Below, one piece after another: positions 12,068 to 24,586 of a stretch of 64,000 nucleotides of DNA. The notes below the pieces were generated by a model. It saw only the letters and a list, made by a program, of their open reading frames with translations, made no database searches and was not told the origin of the DNA. Position 1 is the first letter of the stretch. Each line of letters begins with the position of its first letter. The position numbers and the translations under genes are program-made. The stretch covers positions 51,398,001 to 51,462,000 of the forward strand of contig OY740789.1 of NCBI GenBank assembly GCA_963514005.1. Direction: 5' to 3'. The DNA is from Raja brachyura. Taxonomy: Eukaryota.

Positions 12068-14380
12068 CAGGGCCGGATTTAGATGAAGAGAGGCCCGAAG
12101 CTATTTCGCTTGTGAGGCCCCCCCCCCCCATCCCCTATCCCAATCCCCCACCACGACGACTAGAGGACCATGACTACCCGACAATGACAGTGTGACACTT
12201 TTAGATTCCACTGTATGTTGTCATTAAACAGTTGGTTTTAAAATACATATTGGATTCACCGCGGAGCAGGCGATGCTTTACCTGGATCGCCGTTTGAAGC
12301 TCGGGATGTTGGGCCTGCTGTTTCAACATCATGGAGCTGTGGTTTGTGGAGCTCCCAACCTCGGGCTGTGCTGATTTAAACATCGCGGAGCCCTGGATGC
12401 CTTTGCCGAGGGACAACAGCGTGAATCTCCACCCAGCTCACACTGTGGACTTCGGGAGCCGCGGTCTCCGGTAGGAAGTGGCCGATTCGGAAGTCCAAGC
12501 CGCTGAGAATGTTCTCCCGTTCCGACGTCAGATGGTGACCCCCAAATTTCATTGTACCAATGGCCATGGGGGGGGGGGGGGTCCAAGAGGAGGGGGTCCG
12601 TTGGAGACGGGAAAAGGGATCATCAATGGGGGCGAGGATTCCTTCCCATGGAAGAACGGTGTGAGGCGGAGGCGACGGAAGAAGAGCTCCAAATCACGAC
12701 GGGCGCAGAACTCGTTGAGGTGGGGACGGATGGGGACAAAGGTGAGGCCAGGGCCGGCCTTAAGCTGATTGGACCGATTGCTCCCAATTGGGCCCCGCGA
12801 GTAAGGGGGCCCCGCGCCAGAGTAATCTACTCTCGGCTCTGGTAGATGTACCTCGGGTGGAGGGGGGAGAGAGGGGCAGAGAGAGAGTAGAGGGGTGGAG
12901 TGGGAAGAAAGGGCTAGACGTGGAGGGGGGTGTGAGGGGGAATGGAGAGGGGGAGGTGGGTCGTTCCCTCACAGTCCGGGGCAGCGCTCCTGCCCCTCCA
13001 GTCGCCGTGCATCACGCACATAGCCCCGTCTCCACCCCTCTCTCTCCCCGGGGAAACGTAGTGAACAATACACGGAGGGCCGGGCCGGGGGTTGGAGCAA
13101 TGTTTACAAATCTCGGCCTCAGCTCACACCCGTCCGCCAGGACCCCGGCATCCGCTCCTGCTGCCGGCCCTCTCCTTCCCTTCTCTCCTTCCCTTCTTCT
13201 TTCCTTCCCTTCTCTCCTTCCCTCCCTCCTTCCTCTCTCTTTTCCCTTCTCTCATTCACTCCATCCTTTCTCTCCTTCCCTCCTTTCTCTACTTCCCTCC
13301 CTCCCTCCCTTCTCTCCTTCCCTCCCACACACACATCACGCACAGACAACTAACACACACACACACACACATCACGCACAGACAACTAACACACACAACT
13401 AAGTTAGGATGGGGTATAAGCCCAAATGGTAGGATGGGGCTGAAGCCCAAAATCTAATACCTGGACTGGTTTTCCTCCAATGGTTATTGGTTTTCCAGGA
13501 TCTATTTAATTAAATTACTTTTTTTTTCATTTCACAGTCACTAAAACAAGTGATATTTAACTATGTACTTTTCAGAGGTGATCTACACATTTTGTTTGTT
13601 ACTTGTAGGCTTACATGTATGCAATTTTATATTAAAATGTAGCTTAGATCTGTTTGGTCCATTAAGTCGCATGCACTTTTTAAGCGCACATTTTGATTAC
13701 TTTCCATTCTACCATAGAGATATAAAGTCTATAATAGACTTTAATTATATTTCTATGAATTTCTAGGAATCTGGGGCTCACAAATATTGTTCCCAGTTGG
13801 GCCTCGCACCTCCCAAGGCCGGACCTGGGTGAGGCCTGAGGACAGACCATTTGGTATCTGAGAGGGGGAGGCCAGGGGGGATGGTGAACACATGGCAGGG
13901 ATGGGGGTTGGGGCCGGAGGAAGGCAGGTGAGTGGATTGAGGCCAAGGCGATGACTGGTGAAGGAATGGTGGGTGGTCAGGGAGTAGGGGGGTATGAGGA
14001 CTGGTGTAAGTGGGAAGGAGCTGGGGTCACATGGTTTGAGGGGACTGGGGAAGACCCAGTGAAACAGCCACTGAGATTACCAGGGTTGGCTGACTAGCAC
14101 TAGGACCCAGCGCAGTCAAACCCAGGGAAGTGGGAGTATACAGCGTGGAAGCTTCAGGCCCAGTGCTGTCCAGGCTGCAGGTAAGGTGATGGCTGCAGGC
14201 TGCTGGAGGGCGGTGGAGTGGCCAGGGTCAGCGGGCAAAGAGTAGGAGGTCCCGGTGGGCGGATGATTGGCGGGGCGGCGAAGTTCGACAGGTCCGGTGA
14301 GGCAGCGAGGTTAGTAGGCCCCCCTAGATCTCGAGGCCCTAAGCTTAAGCTTGTCTAGCTTATACGTAAATCCGGCCTTA
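12068..14380. mobile_element. Non-autonomous hAT transposon (outer)
   Basis: TIRs CAGGGCCGGATTTA / TAAATCCGGCCTTA. 8-bp TSD CTGAAGAA at 12060-12067 and 14381-14388. Confidence 0.85.
12749..13827. mobile_element. Non-autonomous hAT transposon (inner, nested)
   Basis: TIRs CAGGGCCGGCCTT / AAGGCCGGACCTG. 8-bp TSD GGTGAGGC at 12741-12748 and 13828-13835. Confidence 0.9.
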
Positions 14381-14490
14381 CTGAAGAAGGATCCCCACCC
14401 GAAACATCACCCATCCATGTTCTCCAGAGATGCTGCCTCACCCGCTGAGTTAATCCAGGACTTATTTTGTGAACCAGCATCTGCAGTTTC
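14381..14490 (+). mobile_element. Penelope-like terminus (continues 12025-12067)
   Basis: CTGAAGAAGGATCCCCACCCGAAACATCACC...CCAGCATCTGCAGTT. Confidence 0.8.
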
Positions 14491-14886
14491 TACTATGAGA
14501 AACATGGATGTCAGCGTGACATTACATGTGTATGCAATCCTGGAGTTCAGGTGGCATGAAACTGCGTTTCCTTTGTTTAAAATCAATTGACCCTCCTTAA
14601 CCAAGTGACTTCTGCCAAATAATTGCAGGTTCAGAAACAAAAGCGGAGTATACTGGAAGCACTCCGCAGGTGGGGAAACAGTGCCAGTGTTGTGGGCCAA
14701 GGACTTTTCAATACAACTGGGGAAAAAGTGAGAAAGCAGGCATGTTGTCAGCTGCAGAGAGAAGTAAGGGGGACAGAACAGAATGTCTGGGATGGTCTGG
14801 GATGTGGACCAAAGGTCTCAAGGCGACAAGTCTTTTGAACACTGACAGTTAGAAACTGCAAGGTACAGACACATCCATTCAGTCCA

Positions 14887-15106
14887 AATGTGTAGGAAGG
14901 AACTGCAGATCATGGTTTATCTGCAGTTCCTTCCTACACATTTGGACTGAATGGTCCGCAGGTCCGGCAGCATGTCTGGGGAGAAAGGATGGGTGACATT
15001 TCAGGTCAGAATGCTTCTTCAGACATTTTGACCCGAAACGTCACCCATCCTTTTTCTCTAGAGATGCTGCCTGTCCTGCTGAGTTGCTCTGGCACTTTGT
15101 GTCTCT
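14887..15106. mobile_element. Penelope-like short element with inverted arms
   Basis: Head-to-head Penelope termini. Flanking repeat ATTCAGTCCA at 14877 and ~15107. Confidence 0.75.
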
Positions 15107-15204
15107 ATTCAGTCCACTTTGGCCCAAAGATATTAAACTGGTTTTTCATTCCTCTTATTAATTAACTTACTACAGAGACTCGACCAGGGAACATTTGGAA
15201 ATAT

Positions 15205-15370
15205 GGAAACAAAGAATTGCAGATGCTGGTGACAAAAAAAGGAGACAAACTGCTGGAGTAACTCAGCAGTTCAGGCAGCTGAACGGTCTCGACCCGAAAC
15301 GTCACCCATTCCTTCTCCCCAGAGATGCTGCCTGTCCCGCTAAGTTGCTTCAGCATTTTGCGTCTATCTT
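15205..15370. mobile_element. Penelope-like short element
   Basis: Inverted terminal motifs around GGTCTCGACCCGAAACGTCACC. Confidence 0.75.
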
Positions 15371-15819
15371 CAGCTGAAAGTGTACTGTTCCTCTGCCTCA
15401 TTGCCCAGCAATGTACAATTAAGGGAAATGGCAAGATTGAGAGAATGATAGTGGAGAAGTTGCTTGATATCGAGATAAGCAATTGTCATGGTACTCCTGT
15501 AAAGAGGAAAAATCCAGAACTTCTGACGCCTCGACCCTTCATCTCCCACGAATCTGAAAAGACTTTGGTGTATTGCATGTAAATCCACTTCTTCAGTACA
15601 GCAGCATTCACTTCTACATTCCCATGCAAATGGAGCTGATGCTCAACATATCCATTCACCATCTACTATCACTCCCATCCCTGGGCTGTGATCATTGCCT
15701 CCAGGTGGAACAGTGATTTCCTGTTCAATTGTGCTGCTTTCATTTTATTGGCTTCATGCAACCCTGCGACACATTCTATGCAAACCTGACGGGACCAAAC
15801 AGGAACCAGCTGCTGACTT

Positions 15820-15960
15820 GTGTAGGAAGGAACTGCAGATGCTGGTTTAAACAAAGATAGACACAAAATGCTGGCATAGCTCAGCGGGATAGGCAGCATC
15901 TCTGGAAAGAAAGAATGGGTGACGTTTCAGGTCAAGACCCTTCTTTGTCTTGTGTCTATC
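15820..15960 (-). mobile_element. Penelope-like terminus
   Basis: GTGTAGGAAGGAACTGCAGATGCTGG...GGGTGACGTTTCAGGTCAAGACCCTTC. Confidence 0.8.
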
Positions 15961-16574
15961 TCCAGGTGGTGACTTGGCAGAACCAACACCTCCTTTCAAT
16001 CCACTGACTCTGGCTACCTAGCAACATCATTCTCCATCCCACTCCCACTTTTCCAACTTTTAAGAAATGTAACTCAATATAAATCTTAGTAACAGAAGTC
16101 GGCCATTTGGCCTATCCAGTCTCCTCCGCCATTTAATCATGGCTGATCTATCTTTCCCTCTCAATCCCATTCTCTGACACCCGTACTAATCAAGTATTTG
16201 TCATTCACCACCTTAAAAAAAAACAATGACTTGGCCTCCACAGCCTTCTGTGGCAATTAATTCCATTGAATAAGCTGCAGACAACTCTCATCTTTCAACA
16301 TATCAACCTTCCATTCTCAATGTCGAGTCCAGCAATTTCAGCTAATTCTTTGTATGACGCACATTGAAGCCAATTTGTCATTTTCCATCTGTACTTTTTT
16401 ATCCTTTCATTTTCACTGCCCTCCATCTTATTACAGACATTCTTTTGTACTTTTCTCCCCCAGTTTCCTTCCACCACTTTTCGTTGCATCTTGATAATTC
16501 TCCATCTTCAAACTTTTAAATCTCGTTACCCCTCGACAGATGCAACCTGACCTTCTATACACTGGCAACATTCT

Positions 16575-16703
16575 CTGAAGAAGGGTCCCGACCTGGAACG
16601 TCACCTATCTATGTTCTCCAGAGATGCTGCATGTCCGTTGGAGTTACTCCAGCACTTTGTGCCCTTATGTGTAAACGAACATCTGCAGTTCCTTGTTTCA
16701 ACA
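16575..16703 (+). mobile_element. Penelope-like terminus
   Basis: CTGAAGAAGGGTCCCGACCTGGAACGTCACC...CATCTGCAGTTCC. Confidence 0.8.
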
Positions 16704-16998
16704 TGCTCCCTGTTTATTTTGTATGTTACATAAGACCATGTGAAAGGAGCAGAATTAGGCCATTCGGCCAATCAAGTCTACTCCGCCATGCATTCATGGA
16801 TGATCTATCTATGTATTTTAGTTTTGTATCATTAACATGTTTGTTAAACCATTTAATTTCAATTAACAAATACAGTGGAGAACAGATTCTGACATCTACT
16901 CTCCATCAGGATGGCAGCTTAATTAAATTGAGCTCCACATCAATTAACAAAACAACATATCATATTTCAAATGCAAGGAGCACATCTCACAAATATCA

Positions 16999-17295
16999 CA
17001 GTTGCTGCCTTACAGCGATTGCAGCACCAGAGACCCGGGTTCGATCCCGACTCTGGGTGCTGTCTGTAGTGAGTTTGTATGTTCTCCCTGTGACCTGTGT
17101 GGGTTTTCTCCGAGATCTTCGGTTTCCTCCCACACTCCAAAGACGTACAGGTTTGTAGGTTAATTGGGTTGGATTATTTGTAAATTGTCCCTAGTGTGTG
17201 TGTAGGATAACATTAATGTGCAAGGATCACTGGTCGGCGAGGACTTGGTGGGCCGAAGGGCCTGTTTCTGTGCTGTATCTCTGAACTAAAGTAAA
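16999..17295 (+). mobile_element. V-SINE (HE1-like)
   Basis: B box, V-domain and tail. Confidence 0.9.
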
Positions 17296-17354
17296 ATACA
17301 AGTCCTCTACGCATTAACAGAAATAAAGCCAGCAGATTCTCCCTCCATTCTCCT

Positions 17355-17655
17355 GATGGCTGTGGGGAAGTAGTTATTCCTGAACCTGGATGTTGCAGAT
17401 TTCAGGCTCTTCTACCTGAAGGCAGCGGTGAGATGAGTGAGTGGCCACAATGGTGTGGGTCCTTGATGATGCTGGCAGCCTTTTTGAGGCAGTGACTACG
17501 ATAGGTCCCCTTGATGATAGGGAGGTCAGAGCCGATGATGGACTGGGCAGTGCTTACAACTTTTTGCAGTCTTTTCTGCTCCTGGACACTCAAGTTGCCG
17601 AACCAAGCCACGATGCAACCGGTCAGCATGCTCTCTACTGTGCACCTGTAGAAGG
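17355..17655 (-). mobile_element. Rex1/Babar LINE fragment
   Basis: FYRCTVESMLTGCIVAWFG...LQKVV...AASIIKDPHH...LPSGRR is the characteristic Rex1 C-terminus. Confidence 0.85.
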
Positions 17656-18189
17656 AACCATGACTGATTTGTTTTCCTACTATTTTAGCTTCACAATACA
17701 CTGTGAATATTTGAATTATTTAAGCCTTCTGTGACATTGCTCAAGGGGATTTAATGCCAATAAAAGCATTTGGATCGAGTTTCAGAAGTTAGCAACGTCC
17801 TAATGTGAAAGAGCAATGAAAGATACTAATAGCTTCGTTGTTTTCACAGTCATCCCAAAAGTAATCTCTTTATTAGTGTTGTATCTGTATTCTTTTTTCG
17901 TGTGCTGCATTGGCAAGAAACATTTCACTACACCAATTGGTGTATGTGACCAATAAAATAAAATAAAATAAAATAAAATAACCTTGAACCTTGAACCTTG
18001 AAAAGAGTCAAAATAAAATGTGGCTCGAGAGCTTCTGCATGGCCAGATCCAAAAGCCTATTAGACCACCGTGGAGATGATAGTTTTCAACAAGTAAGAAT
18101 GTTTAGTTTAGTTTAGAGAAACAGTGTGGAAACAGACCATTTAGCCCACCGAGTCCACGCCGACCAACAATCACCCGTATACTACTGTA

Positions 18190-18668
18190 TATAATTCTCC
18201 AATTTTAGGTAACTCCAAGACTCTCCCCTTCTTCCCTCTGCTCACTTTCCCCTGCACCCCTCCTCAACTCGTATCCATCTCTTCCCTCCTCCTCCTCCTC
18301 CTCCTCCTCCTCCTCTCCTTCCACCTACCTTTCTTCCACTAGCTTCACAATTCGCAACTCTACAATCCTTTTTGTACCATACCCTCTGTCTTTTCATCTC
18401 TGGCCTTTATCCACCATATGTCTATCAACCTAACTGCCCCCCCCCCCCCCCCCCCTTCGATCAACCCATTACCTGCAAGTTTTGTTCTGCCCCTCTCTTC
18501 CAGTTATCTACCCCCCCCCCCCCACACATCTATAATAAATCTGAAAAAGGGTCCAGACCCAAAAAGTTACTTATCCATGTTATCCAGAGATGCCACCTGA
18601 TCCACGGATTCACTCCAGCACTTTGTCCTTTCTTGCAAATCAGCATCTGCAGTTCCTTGTGTCCACAA
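18190..18668 (+). mobile_element. Penelope-like 3' fragment
   Basis: Pyrimidine-rich 3' region, decayed CTGAAAAAGGGTCCAGACCC motif and terminal CAGCATCTGCAGTTCC. Confidence 0.75.
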
Positions 18669-18799
18669 CTTCTTGTGGCTGTTCAGCCTGGTCCTGTGTG
18701 CTATACAAAATTCAGATGACATTTCCGTTCCTTAAGCCTAAAGACTGGCTATCCTCCTTAACCGGCTATGAGCAACAGACTAAATTTTACTTTAGTTAC

Positions 18800-19105
18800 T
18801 TTTAGCTTTACTTCAGAGATACAGTGTGGAAACAGTCCCCTCAGCCCACCAAAGCCACAAGATCACCCCATACACTAACACTATCCTATACAATAGGGAC
18901 AATTTTACAACTTACCAAAGCCAATTAACCTACAAACCCATACGTCTTTGGAGTGTGGGAGGAAACCAGAGCACTCGGAGAAAACCCACACGGTCATAGG
19001 GAGAATGTCCAAACTCCACAGAGACAGCAGCCGTAGGCAGAATTGAACCTGGGTCTCTGGCGCAAGTCTAGTCAGCAACTCTACCACTGCGCCACTGTGC
19101 CACCC
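18800..19105 (-). mobile_element. V-SINE (HE1-like)
   Basis: Reverse complement of the SINE family sequence. Confidence 0.9.
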
Positions 19106-19364
19106 TAAATGTTGCAGAGATCAAAAGCAGCAACCAGGATTGATCCTGAGGCTAGATGCAGTGATCTTGAATCAAAACTAAGTCAGGTGGAGTTTTATCA
19201 TATACCCAATGAAAATCTTGCTTGCCACAGGATCACAGGCTCATAAACTCAGACGAGCATGTGAAACAGACATCATATAAGGCAATGAACAGAAAAGTAT
19301 GTGCAAGAACAGGACAGTGCAACTTTTCACTTATTTTCTACCACTGCTTCTAATTTAGAGCTAG

Positions 19365-20030
19365 AAGATAGGACAGTGCAGCACAAGAACAGGCCCTTGG
19401 GCCCACAATGTCTGCACCCAACTTGAAGCTAAAACCACCTCTTATCTGCCTGCACATAATCCATATCACTCCATTCCCTACATATCCATGTGCATATCCA
19501 ATAATCTCTTAAATGCCACTGTCATATCTGCTTCAACTCCCAGTGGCAGCGCGTATCAGACACTCATCGCACCTCCTTTAAACTTTGCCCCACACATCTT
19601 AAAGCTATGCTGCTTGATATTTCCATCCTAGGAAAAAGGTTCTGACTGTCTACCCTATCTATGTCTCCCATTGTTTTATATACTTCTATTGGGTCTCCTT
19701 GCAATCTCTGGTATTCCAGAGAAAACAATCCAAGTCTCCCCAACCTCTAGGGTCTGTCCCAATTGGGCATTATTTGTGTGTCATTTACGCGACATCATTT
19801 AATCTTCACGACGCACGATGCGCCATCATTTATACGTCACGCACGCGTCGTGACGCACGCATGGCGTGCATTATGCGCGCACGGCGCATGGTGAGACGCG
19901 GTGGCTTAGGCAGTGATGCGCGGTTGCGCGCGGCACCCCAGGATTTTTGGATTCACAAAATATTTGCCCGCCACCTGCTTGACGCGCAAATGATGCCCTA
20001 ATGGGACAGGCCCTTCTCCTGTAGCCAATA
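19365..20030 (-). mobile_element. CR1 LINE 3' fragment interrupted by a MITE
   Basis: Reverse-strand CR1 3' UTR/ORF2 end. It reads CAACCTCT|CCTGTAGC across the MITE. Confidence 0.65.
19749..20014. mobile_element. Harbinger-type MITE with CpG-rich interior
   Basis: TIRs AGGGTCTGTCCCAATTGGGCATTATTTG / CAAATGATGCCCTAATGGGACAGGCCCT. 3-bp TSD TCT. Confidence 0.85.
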
Positions 20031-20279
20031 CCACAAATAACGGCCAATGAAAATGGGGGTGAGAGTTGAACTGGGCAGGGAATCATGAGGAGGCAAGATA
20101 AAGGGCAAAGATTTAAGTTTGGTAAACTTATTGATTTAAGTTTAAGACTAGGGAAGAAAAAAAAGGTTGATTATCGTGCAGGGGAAGGATTAGAGTTGAG
20201 AAAGTAGATGATTACAGAGCTAGTAGAAATTAAAAACAACGGTAAAAAACATTTGAGTTTATAAAATGAGGGTGACTAA

Positions 20280-20820
20280 TGGGCCTGTCCCACTTAGGCA
20301 ATTTATTTGGCAACTGCCAGGGACTGTCACAGTCATAGCAGGTCGCCGAAAAAATGGCGACTGGACCCCCCTACGCCAATGTCTACGACAATGTCTACAA
20401 CAACCTACCTCCTAGTCGACGTCAAACTACAGCAAGCTACCGACAACCGGCGACCCATTGAGACGTCCTCCTACGACCACGCCTACGACAACAACTGAGG
20501 ACAACTGAAGACAATTTAGTTGCCAGTACCTGTCGCCGGTTGATGTAGGTTGACGTAGGTAGTCGCCAATGGAATTCACCGGTCAGCACCGGCGACAACC
20601 TACGTCATCCTGGCGACAACCTACGTCAAGCCAACCGTCGTCGATGGTCGCCGAAAAGTTTTGAACAATTCAAAATCCACCGGCGACCAGAAAAACGCTA
20701 CGATTCTTTGGATGACTGTGGAGACTACTCACGACCATACAGGCAACACTCCGGCGACCATGTGGCAACAGCCTTTTCGCTTGTAGTCGCCTAAAAATTT
20801 GCCTAAGTGGGACAGGGGCA
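20280..20820. mobile_element. Harbinger-type MITE
   Basis: TIRs TGGGCCTGTCCCACTTAGGCAA / TTGCCTAAGTGGGACAGGGGCA with TAA/TAG flanks. Internal CGACAAC/TACG repeats. Confidence 0.85.
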
Positions 20821-21574
20821 TAGGGTAAACTTTCATCCTATAGTGGAAAAGCTTCAGGAATTATTAATGGGAGTTTCTTTTATTAATGGGATATGTCTTT
20901 TGACTTTGAACTGGAAAAATCCCAATCATAGAGTGAAAAAGGAGAAGCTGAACACAATCACCATCAGTGGAGAAAAGATACAAAGGTACAAAGCAAACTA
21001 ATGGGACCAAAACCTGACGTGTCCTCCAGACCTGAAGGTCTGCCTTGTGGAGTTTTGTAACAAGTGTCTGCAGTGTTCGTAAACCCATTAATTGTAACCT
21101 TACAAAATTATCCAAATGGTTCACAGGTGAAAACACTGCCATTTTATTTTACTGCAATTTAGTAATTTTAGTCATCTGAGTCGGGACAGTCATGTACAGT
21201 AAGCCAATTTGTAAAAATCGCTTTTAATAATAAAAAAAAATGGAATTAATCCAAAACTTTGTCGTGGAAGCATGAAATCGAATACACTTGAAAGAGTGTA
21301 AAAATAAGCAACCTCACACACGCTTGCTCTTTCCAAACTCAAGTCAAGGGTATTTTATTGTCACATGTCCCAAAAAGGACAATATATGATTAGTAAGGTT
21401 GTCAAATTTTACGGGCGGTAGGCAGGTGAATGGGGTTGAGAGATAAAGATAGATCAGCCATGATTGAATAGCAGCGCAGAGTCAGTGGGCAGAATGGCCT
21501 ATATCTGCTCCTGTATCTTAAGGTCTTGCATGTGCAATGTGTTAAAAATTGGTTTACATTTGTTTTTGGTTTAC

Positions 21575-21815
21575 ATTGCCTGTTCCGCTGAGTTACTCCA
21601 GCATTTTGTCTACTTCTCTAAATAGCCCTTGCTTTCCCTCTCTCTCCATCCCCTCCCCCTTCACAGTTCTCCCATGTCTTACTGTCTCTGACTACAATCT
21701 ATCTCTGCCCCGCCCAGTCCCCTGAAGGGTCTTGACCTGAAACGTCACCCATTCCTTCTCTCCAGTGATGCTGCCTGGCCCGCTGAGTTACTCCAGCATT
21801 TTGTGATCTACCTTA
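21575..21815 (+). mobile_element. Penelope-like terminus with tandem terminal repeat
   Basis: CCGCTGAGTTACTCCAGCATTTTGT occurs twice, around CTGAAGGGTCTTGACCTGAAACGTCACC. Confidence 0.8.
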
Positions 21816-22129
21816 CATTTGTTATTGCAGTTTCACGGCCTGCCAGCAGATGTCAGGTTTGTAACTTTATTGCTGTCAACACTCAGCTTCATGGTGCCCT
21901 TGTGTAATTTCCAACACAATACTATCCTGATCTAGATCCCTTGAGTTAAGACTTCCTGTCTATGCCTCCAGTTAACATAATTTAGGCCAGCAGGTTTACC
22001 TCAAGCAAGTCCTGGAATATCACAGATAGCCAATCAAGTCAAATTTAAAACTGACAGCCTTAAAAATATGTGGATGGAGGAGTAGGCCCCTGCTCATTCC
22101 CCGAAGATCAGAGAAGGAAGCAATGATGA

Positions 22130-22500
22130 CCGAGGAGCGAGGCCAGTAGGAGATGAGAGGGAAGTGGCGTCTGACCCACTACGCCCTTGAGGTTGGCTGT
22201 GGGAGGTGATACTGGGGAATAAAGATGGACGGGCGAGGAGAGGGACGTGGAAGGAAGGAGGCGGCTGGAGGCCCGCAGCAGCCTGGGACTTGCCTAGAAC
22301 AGGCACCACTGAGAGCAGCTAGAGTGTGGACTTTGATAATGGCGCCAATTGCATGCGGTCTCAGTCGACTATGTCTGTACAGTTGCTAGTCAGGGATCAG
22401 GGGCATGATGGCAATAGTCCCCTGGACTGTTTGTAAGAAAAAGGATATCACTGTGTTAACACTTTGCATGTGTGGCAATAAAGGCACCATTGAACCATCA
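22130..22500 (+). mobile_element. GC-rich retroposon fragment with AATAAA..TTGAACC tail
   Basis: GC-rich body ending GGCAATAAAGGCACCATTGAACC. Confidence 0.4.
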
Positions 22501-23837
22501 CTAAAATGGTTCAGACTCTCTTTTTCTGGCCATGGAGCTCTAGAAGAATGTGGTCTCCAGCCTCTGACCTCCGGCACAAACAACACTGGGCACTCTGCCT
22601 CGTCAGTGTATATCCAAAAAGCAGAGGAAATAAAACTCAAGTACACAAATAAACATAGAGTTAAAAAGCTGCTGTTATGGTAACAATAAGTTGTTGCATT
22701 GTCATAAATATGTATCTGGTTTCCTAATGTTCTTTCGTGAAAGCAAACACCCATGGGTAGCTGGCCAGGGCTCCTCAGCCACCAATGTGGTTGATTCAGC
22801 CTTCCTCTGAAATGGACTAAAGAGCAAATTAAGTCAAAGGGCAATGAACATTTTTTTCTTAAAAAATAACCTTATCTTGCCACATCTACATTTCAGGAAC
22901 AAATAACAAAAAGTCATTTAGACCTTTGGGAGTACGGATGCTTTGGCAGCCACAGTGATACCTGAATGTTACCTGATCCAATATTGGTTTGGGCTGAGGA
23001 GGTTTGTCAGTTTATGGTTATTTTGTGAGCTGCCACAAGAATGTCATTGTTCCTGTTCACATCCTGTTCGTATGACAAACATTCTTGGCGCTGAAAGTTA
23101 GCACTAAACTTTTTTATCTGGAGAGAGGATTGTTGTACAAAAATGAAATTGGTACCGCTCTGTGGCCTTTTTGCACCATTTTTACTGCTCCTACACAGTC
23201 AATGCAAAACCACTGCTAAAATTCCTATATTTTTTAAATGTTATTATTCCCTGATGCTATTTTAAAAATGTTGGTACATGGGATATTTAACTCTAAAAAG
23301 ACTCTTCAAGTGTGCTGGATCACACCATAAAAATTGGAGCAAAGGAAATGCATTAATGACTTAAAAATGTGATTACTGTAGGATTCCATAGCACTTACTG
23401 AAAAATATCAAAGTTTTTAAAGGCATTTAACCCACTAGGAGGAGCTCTAGATTCTTGTATTGTCTTCAAATGCATGCAGGAAGATTAGTGCTCACGACTT
23501 TCATACAATTAAAAGCAGTTTTTGTATGATTGTGGACTCATCAGTGTGAGAGCAAACTGATTTTGTTTGTTATTCATTTATCAGGTATGGATTTTTTTCT
23601 TCAGATTGTTCCAATGACCTTTAAATATTTACTTGTAGATTTATTTCCCTTTTAAAAGCAACCTTCCTTCTTTGCCAAAGATTCCACAAGATGAAGCATG
23701 GTTGAGTCACGGGTTTATCTTTATTTGAGCGAAGCAGCATAAGTTCTATCATTGCAGATGGGATGTAAATGGTATTAAATACCCACCCGAGAGCCCAGAG
23801 GTATTTGCATCATCCCACAGTTTGCCATCCGATGTGA

Positions 23838-24105
23838 AAGGTGTCACAGCAGTAGAGTTGCTGGCTTACAGCACTAGAGACCTGGGGTCGATCCTGACTT
23901 TGGGTGCTATCTGTACATTCTTCCTGTGACCGCGTGGGTTTTCCCCGGGTGCTCTGGTTTCCTCCCACACTCCAAAGACTTGCAGGTTTGTAGGTTACTT
24001 GGCTTTGGTAAAATTGTAAATTGTCCCTAGTATGTAGGATAGTGTTAGTGAACGGGGTGATCACTGGTTAGCCTGGACTCGGTGGGCCGAAGGGCCTGTT
24101 TCGCA
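23838..24105 (+). mobile_element. V-SINE (HE1-like)
   Basis: SINE family motifs. Confidence 0.9.
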
Positions 24106-24270
24106 CAGTTATAAGGTGAGAGAAGGAAAAGTTTACGGGACATGTGAGGAACTTTTTTTACACAGAAGCCTGGAATGCACTGCCAGGGGTGGTGGTGGAA
24201 GCAGATTGGATTGAGTCATTTAAGAGGCTTTTAGATAGGCACATGGAACTGCAGGGAATAGAGGGATATG

Positions 24271-24586
24271 AATATTGATTTCTCTAACTTCCAGTAATCC
24301 CAGCATTCCCTCTCTCTTGATCCCTCCCCCACCCAAGTCGCACCAGCTTCTTGTTTTCACCCAACAAACAGCTAATAATGACCTGTTTCCTTTATCATCG
24401 TTACTTTTTTGCATATCTTTCATTCATTGTTCTTTATCTCTCAACATTATCGTCTACATCTCTCGTTTCCCTTTCCTGTGACTTTAAGTGAAGAATGGTC
24501 TCAAACCGAAATGTCACCCATTCCTTGGGTTTGGGTCTGAGATGCTGCCTGTCCCGCTGAGTTACTCCAGCTTTTTGTGTCTATCT
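24271..24586 (+). mobile_element. Penelope-like fragment inserted in a CR1 3' end (24110-24700)
   Basis: 10-bp TSD GAGGGATATG at 24261-24270 and 24587-24596. Confidence 0.85.

Noticed and set aside
12788-13457. 204-aa and 121-aa ORFs
   Set aside because: They run through purine/pyrimidine and CA simple repeats inside a non-autonomous hAT element.
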